This document shows positions 26,116 through 41,800 of a stretch of 64,000 nt of DNA, in pieces. Both the position numbers and the translations under genes were made by a program. This DNA comes from Gordius albopunctatus (taxonomy: Eukaryota), in NCBI GenBank assembly GCA_964276515.1, contig OZ193909.1, forward strand, positions 434,001 through 498,000, read 5' to 3'. The notes beneath the pieces were generated by a model. It did not search any database. It was not told the origin of the DNA and worked only from the letters and a program-made list of their open reading frames with translations. Position 1 is the first letter of the stretch. Each line of letters starts with the position of its first letter.

Positions 26116-29100
26116 ATGTCAGCCAAATCTGCAATTCTATTGTCCATTGGGTCATTACTATTGCTTGGTGCCATAGCATGCATAGTTGTTGGATTTGCCA
26201 CCGATTTTTGGCTTAAATATGATGTCCATTACGATAATATTTTTAAAGACCTTGGTCGTTCGCCCCCTGTTCCAGGCACTGGAGATTCTGCTAATAGAAC
26301 TAAATTATTAGTTGACAGAACTAGAGGATTATTTTCATGGTGTTATCCAGATCAAAAACCATATGGTACTTTTATCTTTTTTTTATAATTTAACTAATAT
26401 AATTTTTACAATTGATATTATTATATTTTTAGCTAAAGATAAATGTAAATTATATTTTAGTTTTTCAAAAATCTTTCTTTTTATTGATATTTTAACCTAT
26501 TTTCCAATATTAAATGCTATAAAATTAGCAATTGTGGATTTTTATTTAACTAACATAATTTTTAAAATTGATGTTTATTATATTTTTAGAGACATTTTTA
26601 AATTAGACATATATGTAAATTATCCTTTATTTTTCCAAAATGACTCTTTTTGATTTTTATCTTATTTTTCAATATTAAATGCTATAAAAGTATTAATTAA
26701 AATTTTTTGTACTTAATTATTTTCTTTATTAAATCCTAAATTTATATTTTTTAATCTCGAACGTTTTGGGATTTTACCACAGTGGCGCCAGAGGAAGAGA
26801 GAGCTATAAAATTTTATTGCTGAATGGGAATTGTATACAACATAAAACTCTAATTTTATCTAAAATTACTTAAAAATTTCACCGTTTAAATTTTGTAAAA
26901 TAAAAATTTATTTAAAAATATAATTTCTAAATATTATGTAAAGTTTGAAACAATATTACTTTTTTGGCATATGATCTAAATTTTGTGGTTTTTAAACATT
27001 TTACAAAATATAATGTCAATCAAATTAGAAGGTCTTAAGAAGGGGGGGGCTTTAATTGATATAAAGTTAGATAAAATATGGCCATGAAATTAGCGCATTT
27101 CAAAATGAATGATAAAAAATGGGGAACGTTTTGAGGTTTGTCACCAATTGGCAATTGCTGCAGGCTCTCAAACTATTTTTTCAATTTTTTTTTGATTTTT
27201 TAGAATAAAAAGTAAATTTAAAAACAAGAATAACGAAATTATATTGAAATAATAATAAGAAAAAAGATATTTTTTAAAATTTTTGCGCAAAAAATTGTAT
27301 AATTTTTATGGGAAAATGGGGGGGGGGATTTTATAATTGCCATTCTTCAATGCATTTAATTCTACTTAACAACAAATTTGTCGTTTTTTAAAGGACTGTT
27401 TTCAAAGGTAAAATCAAATTGGCAAGGTCGTTCGCGCCAGCTTTATAATTTTTTGATCAACATTTTGCTTTTCGCTTCATTGCCTTTTTGATCAAATTTA
27501 TCTTTTAATTTAAAATTTAAGGGAAAAATAATTATTTTTTGTAATATTTAAATTAAAAAAACCAAAATTTGGAGAACTCGCCTAAATATTCGATTTTAAT
27601 TATAAAATTTTGCATCTATTTGACTCTAAATTATATTTTAAGGTGATCTTATTAGATAGGCTTATTCTATTTTTGGTATTTAATTGTCGTCAGTCTCCAA
27701 TTGTCATAATTATAACAAGATCAGCCATTTCAAGTGATAATATTTAGTTAGTTATTGTCACCCAATCTAAATAAATCTAGTGTTGTAAAAACGCTTGGGT
27801 TTCGGTTAGACTAACGATCTGCTCTGGTCTATTTTTCAAATTTCGACTAAGCTTCCAGGTCGTCTAAGAAAAAGGGACCAAAACCCATTTTTACAACACA
27901 GAACTAATTAATAAACACTTAGATTTTACTTTATTTTTTCTATTTTTTAAATTATTTTGCCGTAAAAATCGGTCATTTCCTCCTGAAAAAATCTCATTCT
28001 AATTGAGTAATTTCAAAAATCCCTTAAAAGCACTATTTTTAATTTTTACTTAAATATTTACCGAGTAAATTCCTTCTCACCTACCCACACGATCTCAGGA
28101 GTTACAATTCCACACACACAGGTGAATCAACTCTTCCCTTGCTAATCCCTTCCCCAGGTAAGCTTCTCACCTGTGAGGATCGTGCCTCTCACCTGTGTAT
28201 CCAGGTGAGAGAAAAGGGGCGTCAGGTGTGTTGCCGTGGGGGTGGGCGTACGTAAATAAATAATGCTCTCTTTGAAAGTTTTCCTAGCAAATAGCGAAGT
28301 ATAGTAGGTATGAAGAGAGATTGGCCTTAAGGCAGGATTTATAGTTGTACCTAGGTGTTATTGGTATTTAAGGAATTTGCTCCTTTAAGTTTTATTCTTT
28401 GTAATCAGCTTTTTTAAAATTGACGGCTCATGAAAATTTAGTTAAGATGGGCCAAAATCTGTCCTTCCACTTTTTAAACCCAAAATTTAAAAATAAATAT
28501 TTTGCCCCTCCCTTTAATTTAGGCTAGAGGCTACACCCTTGTGCCTAGTTCAGGTGGGTTTTAAATTATATTACTATAATATTAATTTATTTGGACTTTA
28601 TATTTGAAACGTAAGTAGATAAATAAAACCATTATCACTATAAAAATTTTATTAATTAAAAAGTATTTTTATAATTTGTTTTGAAAAATCGATAATTGTT
28701 TAAAATTTTCATACTGACCCTAAAATATTTTTTGAGTGAATTCTATGCTTCGGAAATTAAACCAGCAATAATCCATTGCCTCAAGGAGTCTGTGCAAAAT
28801 TTCGCATACATTTATTAAAATAAATTTATGCTATCACAGAAATTTGTAATTCAAAAAATTTTTAATTTAGTGTTTTCACTTTATATGTGTATTTAAAGAA
28901 AAAGATTTGATTTAAGTTCTCATTAAAATAATTTTTAATATTGCAGGAAAAAACGATTTTTGTTAAAAAATCGGATTTTATTTGTTGTGATAAATAAGTG
29001 TATCAATTTGTCATATCACTAATACATTATTTCAATCATAAATTTCATTTTACATCGTCTAGTGTATGGCCATTTTAAAATAATTTAATTTTTTGCCTTT

Positions 29101-32100
29101 AAAATATTAAAAATTTAGATAGTTTTTGAAAAATTAGTTTTAATAGTAATTTTGACTGAGTTTATAAAAATATAAATAGTTATAACCTTGTTTTAAGTAA
29201 ATACAGACATTATCATTATACGTGTTTGGGGTAAATTTAACCCAACCAATTTTTAAATTATATTTATCTCGTATTTTTATATTATAAATTGTCGATATAT
29301 TAGTAAATAAAAGGCGAAGAAATGTAAAATATTTTAACATAATATATTTTTTTGAGGATTTATGGAAAAATTAGTTGGATTGTGAAAAGGGGAAAGGATT
29401 AATATATAAATGGTTGTTCATATAATATAATTTGAAAAAGATAAAATCCGGGGCTCTTTTTGTCATTTTTTGGGGCCATCAGATTCTATCTATTAATAAC
29501 CTATTATTAGATTATTCCACCTGATTAAACTGATGACTTCATTAATGTAATTTATTGATTTTTGTATTTGTGTGTTAATTCCTTATTTACTATATTACAA
29601 AAATTAATTTTTAAAATATTTTATATTTTATGCTAAAACTAGTTTTAAAAAATGTGTTTTAATTTATATATATTTTATAATATTTTGAATAAACAGAAGT
29701 AAATCTCGTTCGAAAATACGTGGATGGGCTATGTGAAAAGATTTCATATAGAATCATTGATTCTATGTCAGAAGATCAAAAAAGGAGAATATGTAAGTGC
29801 TTATTTTTTTCCAATTTTAAACAAAAAAAAATATTAAATTAATTAAAATAAAATATAAAATTTTTTAAAATCTAAAGAGCATGGCTTAATTAATAAATTA
29901 ACAAAGTAACCACCTTTATAAACTTATCAAAGCAAATGCTGCACAACTTTATGCTCGATTCAGTTAACTGATCATTCAGCATTAATTTCCTAAATTTAAA
30001 AATTAATTTGATTCAAATATTAAGTTAATAACAAACGCATTAACTTCTGGATAATTAACCAATTTAATTTTCCATTAATTTTTATCTCGCATACGTTATT
30101 TTTTATAGTGATTAAAATGTTAACGAGGGTGATAGCCACTTTTACTTAAGGGTTTTTAAGCCTTTATTTAATTTATATTAATTTATCACCCTTTTTAAGA
30201 CACTAGTTTTGAAAGCTGAATTAAACATAAATTTAAATTATTTTTGATTTTCAGTCTTTGATTTAATTTTTAATTTGCCCCTTGTAGTTTGCTTTAAAAG
30301 AGATGGCCAAGATGGAAGTTATTTGAAAGAGTGCGCTAATCTGGGATTCATAGAGTGCGAGTCTAATGCGTTTAGATATTTCGTTCGATCGTCGCGACCA
30401 TTCTCAATCCAATTGCACCCTCTCATTTTATCAATCCCAAATTAGCGCACTCTTTCAAATAAATTCCAAGGATTGGTATTACATAATTATATGAATGTCC
30501 AATTTTCAATTTATATTTTTCTAAAAATTTAATTATATAAACGACAATAAAACTATTAAGTACAATGAATAATGGGCAAATTGATACATATGATATTATA
30601 ACTTATGCAAAAATTATTATATAATATATCATATATAGGGACTTCATTGTTTTAGTGTTTGAATGCTTAAAAATAATATTAATATCATTCCCTAAATCTT
30701 AAAATTATTTTTGCAAAACTTGGTAAAGTAGTTAAATAGTTTGATCAGACAATTCATAGAGCACGAGATAGTCTCACTGACCTACCTAGATTGTTTATAT
30801 AGTTTATTATCTTCAGTATTTTAAAGATTTTTTTACAATAAAAATATCAAAGTCAATAAAATTGGGTTTCATCCAAATTTTTGCGACTCAAAGAACGGGT
30901 TCTGGTGTTAAGACTAAGACTTCAATTCTTCAATCACTGATTAGATTAAACAAGATGGACTCTATTATTATTATTTGAATCAATAATTAAGTTTGAAATT
31001 AACACCGAGCTCTCTTATAACCAGCCTCTGCATAATTTCTCATTTCTAACTAATAATATCTTTAAAATCTAACCTTACAGAATTTCTGCTCAAACTTTAG
31101 CTCTTCCTCTTTTCACGCGCTACTTTCACTCCACAACTATTTCTTTCTTGCCCTGGATGGACGTAGCCGGGATTTACATTAAAATGTTTGAGGGCAAAAA
31201 ATAATTATCACAATTTTTAAAATATTTTTATTAAATTTAAAATACTAATATGAGCCCTGCCTGCATACGTCCCCGTGTTTTCTCTTTCTCCTCTAACATA
31301 ATCATCATCATGCTCTGCCGATTGAAACTTAAGATGATTTCACATAAAAGTCGTTTTCATCTCTGCAATTTTATTATTTTCTCTGTTTCTACGACTTTTA
31401 ATACACACAAAACGGGGAGACGACAGTGAGACTTCTGGATTTATGGAAGAGGGTGAAGCAAATTCCCAGAGGTATGAATTAGAAAAATCCCAATATCTTC
31501 CTCCTAATCAATAACTACTACCCTTAACAATAAAACTCATACTAATAATATTCAAACGAGTCTCACAACCACTACCCTCAATACAAACACGCGGCTTCAT
31601 AAAATTTCATCCATTTTTAATTTTGAAATTCTTCAAAACCTCTTCTATTTTTATTTTTTTAACACCGCTATATATACTTACTTGATATGTATGCTTTGAT
31701 ATGAACCTTAATTTTATTTACATGGGTGTAGCCCCAGCATTGGAATTAGACTAACCCATAAACTTTAGCAATTACTAATATAATATTTAATGACTAAATA
31801 ATTTTTTGTGTGCAGATTTGATGAGAACGCAAGTGGCATTTTTCATCATATGTTTCCTCTTTTTCCTACTCGCGATCATTGTGGGCATCGTAGGATGTTG
31901 GAAAAGAAATTCGATGCAAATTCTGGCTACCGGTCTTTTAGTCCTGTTCGCTGGTACGTTCAAAATTAATTTTTTGCTCAGTAATTATATAGCATTGCTC
32001 AGTAATTTTTATAACATTGCTCAGTACCTCGGTAATTTAATAAAATTGCTTAATTATTCGAATCGATAAGTAATTTTAGACCATTGCTCAGTATTTACAA

Positions 32101-33646
32101 CATAGCTTAAAAATTAGAATTTTATTATATAATTTGGAAAAAATTAATTTTAAAACACTTGTTTTTATAGCATTTTTTGCTGCCGCCGCGACGGGAATAT
32201 TCCATGGGATCGAATTCATAGAAAGGCACTTACTAAAAGATGTTCCAGAAAGGGTCAGCACTTTGACAGTCCCAGATGTATGCTTCAGTATTTCAAAATT
32301 TTAGAAATTTAATTTTATATTTTTAAAATATATTATGTAAGTTCTTCTTATTATAAGATCCGAATTCCTGAGGGGGGGGGTATCCTAGGCTCTCAGGCCT
32401 GGATACCCGAGCATCACCCCTTATCCAAATATCTATAGAAGCTGACCACCTTAGTGTGACAATCAGCTTTAGAAATTTTTTATATTATGTGCCCGCGGAC
32501 CACTATAACTGTTTTTTGTCGTTTCCTTTTTAACGGAAGCCATACTGTGTTAATTTTTTTTATATAAATTTCAACTTTTATTACGTTGTTTTATAAATTT
32601 ACGATTTTATGAGGAAATACAAAATATCCCTCCTTTTTACACTATTTTTTATATTTCAGCAGAAATTTTACCGTTTTTACACAATTTTTAATTCTATAAA
32701 GGTATTTTACACTGAAAATATGAAAAAGGGTTAAAATTAGTCACGTCTTTAGGTCGTCCGAAACAACACGAAAGTTCGATACTGGTGGTCTTACATGCTA
32801 TGCTGGATTGGGGTTGGATTAGCTATTTTGGCGGCCATTACATTTTTCATCGCCTCTTGCATCTTGCACAGACAGCGCCTCCGTAATAATCGAAGGTACA
32901 TTTCAAAATGGCCGACGACAACTAATTGTCATAAAAGCAGTTTACGCCTTATTTTTTACTCTTGGAATATTTTTGCTTATGATGGGATGTGGCATTACCT
33001 ATTTGAATTTATGAATTCACATGGTTCATTTAATGAAAACATACAACAAAAGTCATTGAGATAATAATTTATTATATCAACTTTTTAAAAATTAATTGTT
33101 ATATAAGTAGTTTTTTTAGATCAACTATGATACACCTCCTATATAAAGCTATGATATTGTAAAATTATGCATTTTGTTTTTTCTGGTGGCAACCGAATAT
33201 AGACGTTAGGCTTGCAACCATGTAAATCAAAACTTAAGCTTAATAACGGCTAATTTGCAATTGAATTAACATTCTCAGGGACAAGTGCCAAATCAAAATT
33301 TACGTTAACATTTCATATAATTCGCACAATTAAAATTCCATAACTGTTTAGGTACATACATTCTTATGGTGCAAACAAAATGGCTGTTATCAATAGCGGG
33401 CCGGGTAGTAGTTCCGTAGGAACTAAAGATAGTTCTCGATATTTGGTTCCAGTTTATTACGACAATACCATGGCCCCCGGGAGCACCCCTAGGAGAGGGG
33501 GAGATGTTCCCCCCAACGTGGGTACCGTCTATTACGACAATGGTTATTACAGATCATCTGCTGGTCCTTACAATCAACAGCAAGGGGGCAATATTACCCC
33601 GGGCAACACTAATACTGCTGGATATGGGTACGGATATTACAAATGA
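26116..33646 (+). CDS. Claudin/PMP22/EMP-superfamily four-transmembrane protein
   Basis: Exons 26116-26365, 29697-29792, 31816-31953, 32171-32277, 32753-32895, 33352-33646, all phase-consistent. TM1 followed by TDFW, GLFSWC...C in the first loop, WSYMLCW before TM4, Gly/Tyr-rich tail. Confidence 0.88.
30313..30468. mobile_element. MITE-like inverted repeat
   Basis: ~36-bp arms TGGAAGTTATTTGAAAGAGTGCGCTAATCTGGGATT / AATCCCAAATTAGCGCACTCTTTCAAATAAATTCCA. Confidence 0.7.
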
Positions 33647-35877
33647 AGGAGAAAAACTACATGTGCCTTAAAATATCGCTAAATATGGGAAAGAATAGCC
33701 TATCCCCTACTTAATCCGCTGTGCCCGCGCGCGCGCCTTCTTGCGAAATGAAAGAATGATTCAATTAAGTACAACACACACACACTTATACATCCCGTCT
33801 ATAACAATGCACTTCATCCCAAATTTATATTATTTCTGCCCAACCTGATATTATGAATATTTACTGTTTTTTAAAATTTATTTTTGTTTACATGAAAATG
33901 CGTATTGTTTGTAAAATTATAATTTCGGGCGAGCCATAATTTATAGATAAATGTATGAATTTCTTATTTTTCGGGATTTCGACATTTTGCCCATACATCG
34001 CTATATTATGCTCATAGCCGCCATTTGTAAATTCCAGCGCCATACCTTGCTAAAACATTCGAAAGATTTTGAAATTTATAAATAGCATCATGTATAAGCA
34101 AAATATCGTTGCAAACTATATATACCAATAAAAATGTCAAAAACTATATTAAAATGCGTTTTGAGAAAATATAAGTATTTATTGATTGATGTTTAAAAAA
34201 GTTTATTGAAATAACTCTTAATAAATACATTTATATAACTCTTATCAATTCTGAATGAACAAATACTGAAATTTTCTTAAACTAAAGTACATGAAGTTCG
34301 ATATAAAAATGGTTGGCAAAAATTTAATAAGTTAATATTTATAATTTTCAATCCCAATTTAAAGATTCATATTATTAATAATCTTGAATTTCAAAAATGT
34401 ATATAAATTAAAAAAAATAATGTTTTATTTTGAAATAATAACGACCTAAATAGTACAAAATCATAAATTATTAACAATTTTCAATATCTTTGGGTTTTTT
34501 GCAATTTTTCTGACTTTTAACTAACTCTTAGTTCCATTTGACTGTCGCCAAAATAAAATATTTAAAATTATTTTAACTCCTAAGTCATCAAAATTAAGAA
34601 CTAGGACTATTTATAATAAATATTTTATCTTTCTTAGGCAATTTTTCGCATATTTATTCAACAAATTATCCATTGAAAATGCCGAATTCCCATTGCTAAC
34701 AATTGAGCACTATTTTAATCTGGATTCGGGTATTCCTGATTTGGGGTCATATAATACCCCAGGTTTACCTGACCAAGGAAATTTAATCTGATGCGGTTAA
34801 TACTTTAGCTGGGCTGTGCCTAGTGAATTCAGCAATGTTTTTTTGAAAAATGCATGCCAGATGGTTATGATGGCAAGAGGCATGTTATAATAGTTAATTT
34901 AACAAAAACCTAAAGTAGAAGAGAATTTCTTTGGGGCTTTTTTTCTGTATTTCTACCGGTAGCATTCTATGTATGCTAAGCAGGTCTTTCGCTTGTAAGA
35001 ATTTCTTTGGAACTTTCAGTTTCTGTAAAACCTTTTTTTCCTAATTTATTGATATGTATGTTGAGATGGAGAAAGTTTGTAAAAGTTATATGTACCCATT
35101 ACACCTTATTAAAATTATATGGTTTAATTATTAACACCATCCCCTGGTAATATATTGATTTTGCTAGGTAGAGGGGGCTATTATAACTAAATCATTGATA
35201 ATTTACAAATTCCGAAACTTTTCAAAGTAACAAATCTTTATTATTTAAAATAATTTTATTTTATTGATTTTTAGTGTAAAAACTTCTTTTTTTTATAATG
35301 TACAAATATTTTTAGAGTATGAATTTATTTATAAATTATTCATTAGGCCTTTAAAAGCTGAGTTATCCGAATTAATTAGCCAGATAAAGTTTTTATTATA
35401 GGGGAAAAGTATCGTTATTTCACCCGAGGGGCCAGTTTAGATCCAACACAAAAAATCATAATTCCTTTTCGATCTAAAAATTTTCCAGCTATACTTTTCC
35501 CTTCTTTTACATTATATAATCTAAAGTTTTCTGAATTCATATTTTTCAAAACAATTTCCCATAATTTTTTGAGGGTTAATATGTGACTAATTGGTCCAGA
35601 AAGTCTGACAAAGTAATTTACAAGGTCAAAATTGCTAATTAATGTTTTGGGGGTGTCAATGCCTAGTGTAACCTTAGCCCCCCCCCTCAATAAATTATAC
35701 TCGTTAGGGGTATTGATATCCACTAATTGAACCTCGACTAAATCAATAATTGAGCTATAATTAGATGGGAAATCAATCGTTTATCACCTTCGAACTTATT
35801 ATTTATCAAACTTTTATAAAAAAATTTCAAAAATTTCTAAAAATATTATAGACGAACAAAAACTCTGATCTTTTATA

Positions 35878-38800
35878 ATGAATCCCCTATATGCCAGTCC
35901 TAAAGTGCCTTTCGGTAAATCGCATTACAAAGTTCTACCAGCTGGCATAGTACCACAAACATATGACGAACTTATAAAGGCAATCCAAAAAAGACAAAGA
36001 TCATCGGGCCAAAGCCCGTGCCATGACCGAATATTGGCCCAAGCCATGAGACCGCCCATCCTCGATGAGGAGGCCGGCTCTATAAGAAGTTGGCCAACCG
36101 GCGGCCAATCATCTTCAGGCTCCTTAAATTCAAACGTGGCGGGACCCGACTCGATTGGACGACGTTCGGATTATCCCGATTTAATCCACGGCACATCCAC
36201 CAATCCCAACGATTCGCGCTTTTTTACGAGCCGCCGTGGATTGGATAATTTAAACGACGATAATCTTCACGACCAAACTTACCTCGCCCATTGGCTAAAT
36301 CGAAATTCCGCCGCCAAAAATATTTTGAATAAAGGCCTATACGAACCCGGAACTGCGGATAGATTAAGTGAATCCGAACAAAATTCTGCGGATGAAATAA
36401 TACCTAATCGGGAGTGTAATGAAACTTTAAAGAGGAAACAAGAAGTTAATTACCAGCAATGGCAAAACGACCTTGGTTTTGACATTAAAAACAGCGATCC
36501 CGACATCATTGGCATGACAAAGAACGGTTCTTACGTGTCGCAACTAATACCTAAAAATTCAATTTCTAAGGAATCCCCAATCTCTGGAAATCACGAAAGA
36601 TCTAATGGCTGGAAAGTTCTTCAACCACCATTTAAAGCTTCTAACGGTAAATAGCGTGTTTATATAGGGAAACTTATGTTTCATTTTATATAAAATTCTA
36701 TTACATAATTTTAAATTGAAAACTTATTTAATCTTTCGAGAATCTACTAAATATATACTACGTGAATTGAAAATAAATAATATTCACAAAACATATTCAC
36801 TAAACGATCGGATTATATCGTAGAATTTACAAAATTCCAGCTAAGGTATCTCTGTTGATAAAGCAATATAATATCTGTGGGCAAATTAGTTTAGAGAGTT
36901 CTTTGAAACTTTGAAGAAAAAAACTAGGCTCATATAAAGCAATTTCCTCATTTTAAACCCATCTTCTAGTATGAAATAATATCCAACAGTATATGTAAGA
37001 TAAGAAAGACATATGTTGTTGCGGCTACGTAAATCTCCTTCTACTTTCAACATTACCCCGCATAGATTGTTGTTTCTAAAAATTAGCTTTAGGATCCGAA
37101 TAAAAACTTTTTGCTAATTTTCTTGATTAATAAATATATTTATATGGGCCTGGCCGGGGGGGGGCACTGAAAGGCGGCTGCCCCCCCCCTCTAAATCCAA
37201 AAATGTATTAAAATTATAGCTAAATTTTAAAAAAGGATCATGGCTCTCCCTACAAGGCTGGCTACATGTTATTTATTAAGGAAGACTTTTAAAATTGATG
37301 AGCAATTTAAATTCATATTTGTTAAAGATAAAATTGCCTTTCTTCTTTTGTTGTCAATTACAAACTTTATTTATCTGAATTTAGATTTTATGGGTTTCAA
37401 TTAAATTGAAAACCGTTTTATTGTTTTGTAGAAACATAAAAATGCAACAACAACAAAAAATATAATTGGAAAATTTTGTATTCCCTTCGAACTTTTATAG
37501 TGAGGTAAGATGGAATTTATCACATTTGAGATATCAAATCAAAAATATAAATTTAATCAACGGTCGTATAAGTAAGGGGGGCACCACATATTTTGGTCAT
37601 AAATTGTCAACACGCTCGGGCCTCCTTAACATTAGGATTTGTGATATTATTAACATATATATTAAAAATAACCTTTGATATCCTCAGCAATTCTATATGT
37701 GTGTCTTAGTGTATTTTACTGTATTTATTGAGAAAATATATGGCCTGCTTCTGACTCTACCAAATTAATTATAGCTCAACTTTTAGACCACGCATGAGCA
37801 AAGTTATATAGAATCCATAAATAGGAACAGCTCTGACACAAGACCTATAGATTTATCCATAGGTGACATTAAATGTTATTAAATCAACAATACATATATG
37901 AATCGTGTGTGTCATGCTGTAAATTATAGATTTTGTAAAATAAATTTTGTGGCCAAAATACGTTTTTCATATGCTTCGTTTTTTATTCAATTTTGTGGAA
38001 ACATAGTATACACAGCTGACGTTTGCAATCATTCCAGCCCCCAAAAAACTCGATCCGGGCAAAAAATCATAATTTTTATCAATTACTTCTCTACTACAAA
38101 ATTTGGCATTTTTCGGCTGTAAAAATAATGGAAAAATTTTTGTAAACAAATATGGTAGGTCTAGAAAGTCGAGAAGAGCCCATGTCTGAAATGACAACCA
38201 AAGGATTCCCACTTTATTTAGATTCTTCGGATAAAAGAATTTTCGATAGAAATTCGCAAAATAATAATCCCAATCAAAGTAGACCAAAATGTGGATGGAA
38301 ATCAACTTCGGATTTGCTGGATTCTCAGCCAATTCCCACTTATTTGGGATCACCCATGGTCAATAACGTGACAGAAATATTTGATTGTCCCCAAAGCTAT
38401 TATCGACAGGGCATGGACGGTGTCAACATAAGGCCACCAAAATTTAAAGCTACCATTGGAGCTAAGCCGAGTGAGTATTCACTTTTTCCATATAATTTTG
38501 ACACAAAATTTGACATTTCATCCAGGGGGTGGGTGCCAGGCTAATCCAAAAATTCTTTACATTTTGATATAGATAAAAATTCTCATTTTGCCCCTATCTT
38601 TATCATTATTGCCCCCCCTCTATATCCAAGCGGGGATTATATTGTAATTATGATAGTGATTTTATCCTTGAATTTTGACTTGACATGCTTAAGCCGTTCT
38701 CATTCAAATCATAAATTTGTCTTTAGTCAAAAATTTACCCAACAAAATCCGCAAAAAGAGAGACTTTTTTCAATATATTTTCAAAAATAAAATTATTTTC

Positions 38801-41800
38801 CATTGACTTTTCTATAAAATTTTCAGTTAGAAACTAAAAAAATATTAGAAATGACCATTATTAGAACGTGGGGACATTTGTGACATTGAAAGATGTCGTT
38901 AAATTTGATAGCTCTTCCCCTTTTAAATTAATTGCTATGCTTCTTCCTGTGTTGGCCTTCAATCTTATTTCCGCCATAATTTAATTCCCTTACAAGAAAA
39001 TTCAATGAAATTGTAATTAATTTATCTTTTAAATTAGTATAATAATTTTAAAAATTATTATCTTTGCATAATTACTTTGTTAGATGTTTGGAGCCCAATC
39101 CCTTCTGAATATAATTGCAAAAGACTTTATTCAAGAAAAAATATGAGTGAAAATAGCTGCAAAATCCCCAAGCAACAAGATTGTAATTATAGAGATTATT
39201 CCAATCAAAGACAAATCCCTGATTCCACATCAAATAACAAATTTTCTTCAAAAGTAATATATTTTGCTTTTCTATAATTATTTTCATAAAATTTATTATT
39301 TTAAATGAATACAATTTATTTTGTAATATTACAATAATCATTTGATCTAAAGATACAATTTGAACAAAAATTTATAAATTATTTTCAAAAACTAATTGTT
39401 CTTCGTCCTCTATCAAGAATATAAATGATGCGAAAATAAGCAATGACCAAAGTAAATGGAAGGAAAAATTTGAAAAGTTTCGACAGAATTTTGAGGGGGC
39501 AAACTCACCCCCTATGAGGACAATTTGCCCCCTCAATCAAACTTCACCCAATAAAATTAAATATCATGTTGATGAAGAAGGAAAAAAAAATTTGCACGTT
39601 ATTTATAGAAGCGATAACGAATCGAAAAATGTGAAAAAAGAAACTATCCATTATTTGGATACTAGACAAGCTACTAGTAAATATATTTTATAATTTTAAC
39701 TTTTAATTAAAACAATATTGAAAATGAGACCAATATTTAGATTTAATATGTGAAAAATATTATAAATAGGTTTAAAATATAAAAATTAGTCTGTCTACTA
39801 TTTAAAAAGACAAGACTTTATTAGAATTTTATAAAAAATATTTAACTTTTTAAAACAAATTTTTTGAAATTTTTTTAAATAAGAATACGTGTAATTTTTA
39901 GAAGATGCTAAGGATGAGGATCAAGATCAGGAAATATATTCAAACTTCCCTAAAACCCAAAGTCCCACTATTACGCTACTAAGAAACAAACGAGGTAATT
40001 ATAAAGTTCTATCAAGGTGTAATTCCCATAAATTTAATTTAAAAAAATTGGTTTTAAACGAGATTATATCAATCAATTTTGTAAAATCAATCAATAATCC
40101 CAAATATATATATATATATATATATCGATTTTCAACATAATTATTATTAGGTATATAGGGTCAATTACTTTACTTTAAATAACAGGGAAGTATGTATATG
40201 TTGTTAAAGGCCTATCTAATTTCACATACAAAAGTAAATGGGGGCAAGTGTGCTTTATGATTACTAGGATCGCTCTTATAATTAGTTAACGTGCAATTTC
40301 ATGACTCTGTTCGACACTCATTAGCTACTTAACGGGCGTATAATAATTATTTAGAGAGATTTTTGTGGAGTTGGAATCTTGGGGATCTTAGACAAAAGAG
40401 AAATAATAGGTTATGCTCCATAGAAAAATGATGACTTGTTATTTTTAAGTGTCTCCTTCCTTTATCTTGTATACACTATTACTACTACCTACCTATACCT
40501 ACTATACCCCAAGAGGCCGACCTTCCTCTGGCACTATGACAACTAGAATCCAGGTTAGAATCCTCTTTTGTTTACAGGGGAATCAAGATGGAAAACGTTT
40601 AAATATACTTATAAAAAATGCATGTAAAAATTGTCGCTGGTGCCTGCTGCAGAAGGGGGGGGGGCGTTAGGTGGTAGAAATTTATCTTTTTATTGCTTAG
40701 GAGTTGCTTGCTATTGCTACTTAACTTTTGTCGAGAACTAAGCTTTATTAAAATGTTCAAACCCCCTTTTAATTTTATCCTTTAATTTATAAATTTTTAA
40801 TTAATTTAAAATGTCGTTATTCAAAGAAAATATTTAAATAGCTATATTTAGGTGCAATTTTTTTGTAGAGAACTCTTATCCTAATTTGAATAGTCCTATC
40901 ATTCATCCACCACGTAACCAAATTGTGATAGCATAAAAAATTGTTAAACCTGTATAAAAATTTTAAAAAAAATCATAAAATTATATATTAAACGAAAGAA
41001 TCGACGCTAAAAGATAATTCCAAGGATGGGTCATCATGCAATCAAAGTCGTCAAAATCCCAATTCCCAAGCAAAAGTTTATCATTACCCGACCGAGTCAA
41101 AGACCGGGCCGATATTAAAACGAACTATCGAAGCGGAAAGTGAATCGAGTTTGAGAAGAACCGTTAGTAGACCAGTTATTTATGAAGAGGGCATCGGGCC
41201 AATAAGTGAATATGGAATTCCTATCGCTACGAAACCCGTAAATATACTTAATTTTTTTCCATATTTTATTTATTGTTTGTGGAATAAAATGTTTTTTATT
41301 TATTTATTTTTTAGGAAGTTGTTTTTTCCTTATTTCTAACTTTAAATTATATAAATTTTTTTGATATTAAATAGGCGATTAGACAAGACAAACAACATGA
41401 TTGGTACAAAACGATTTTCAAAAATTTGAATCCCTCCACGTCGCGCGACAGTATGCACGGTAAAATATATCTATATTTAGATTTGAAAGTTGGGGCAATT
41501 AGTAATTTAATAATATGAAGACTAGAGTTGTTAAATTGTTAACTTTCTTCAAACTCCAGACGCGAGCACGCACGCTGAGTTGCTTATAATGCGAGTTAGG
41601 ACAATATGTGCCCTCTGTTCGGTGCACTAGGTAGAGCAGTAGCATATAAAAATGCTCGAGGACCGAGCAGAAACTCGAGCAGATGGTAGCTGGAGTTGAA
41701 GAAAGTTAGCAATTTAACAACTCTAATGAAGACATTAAATAATCCAAAAATTGTTTAAATTGTAATGTAATTATGACGGAAATTAGTTTAAAAAATTTAA

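Noticed and set aside
35415..35723. Minus-strand ORF with faint Tc1/mariner SPDLNP-like similarity
   Set aside because: Too degenerate and no TIRs found.
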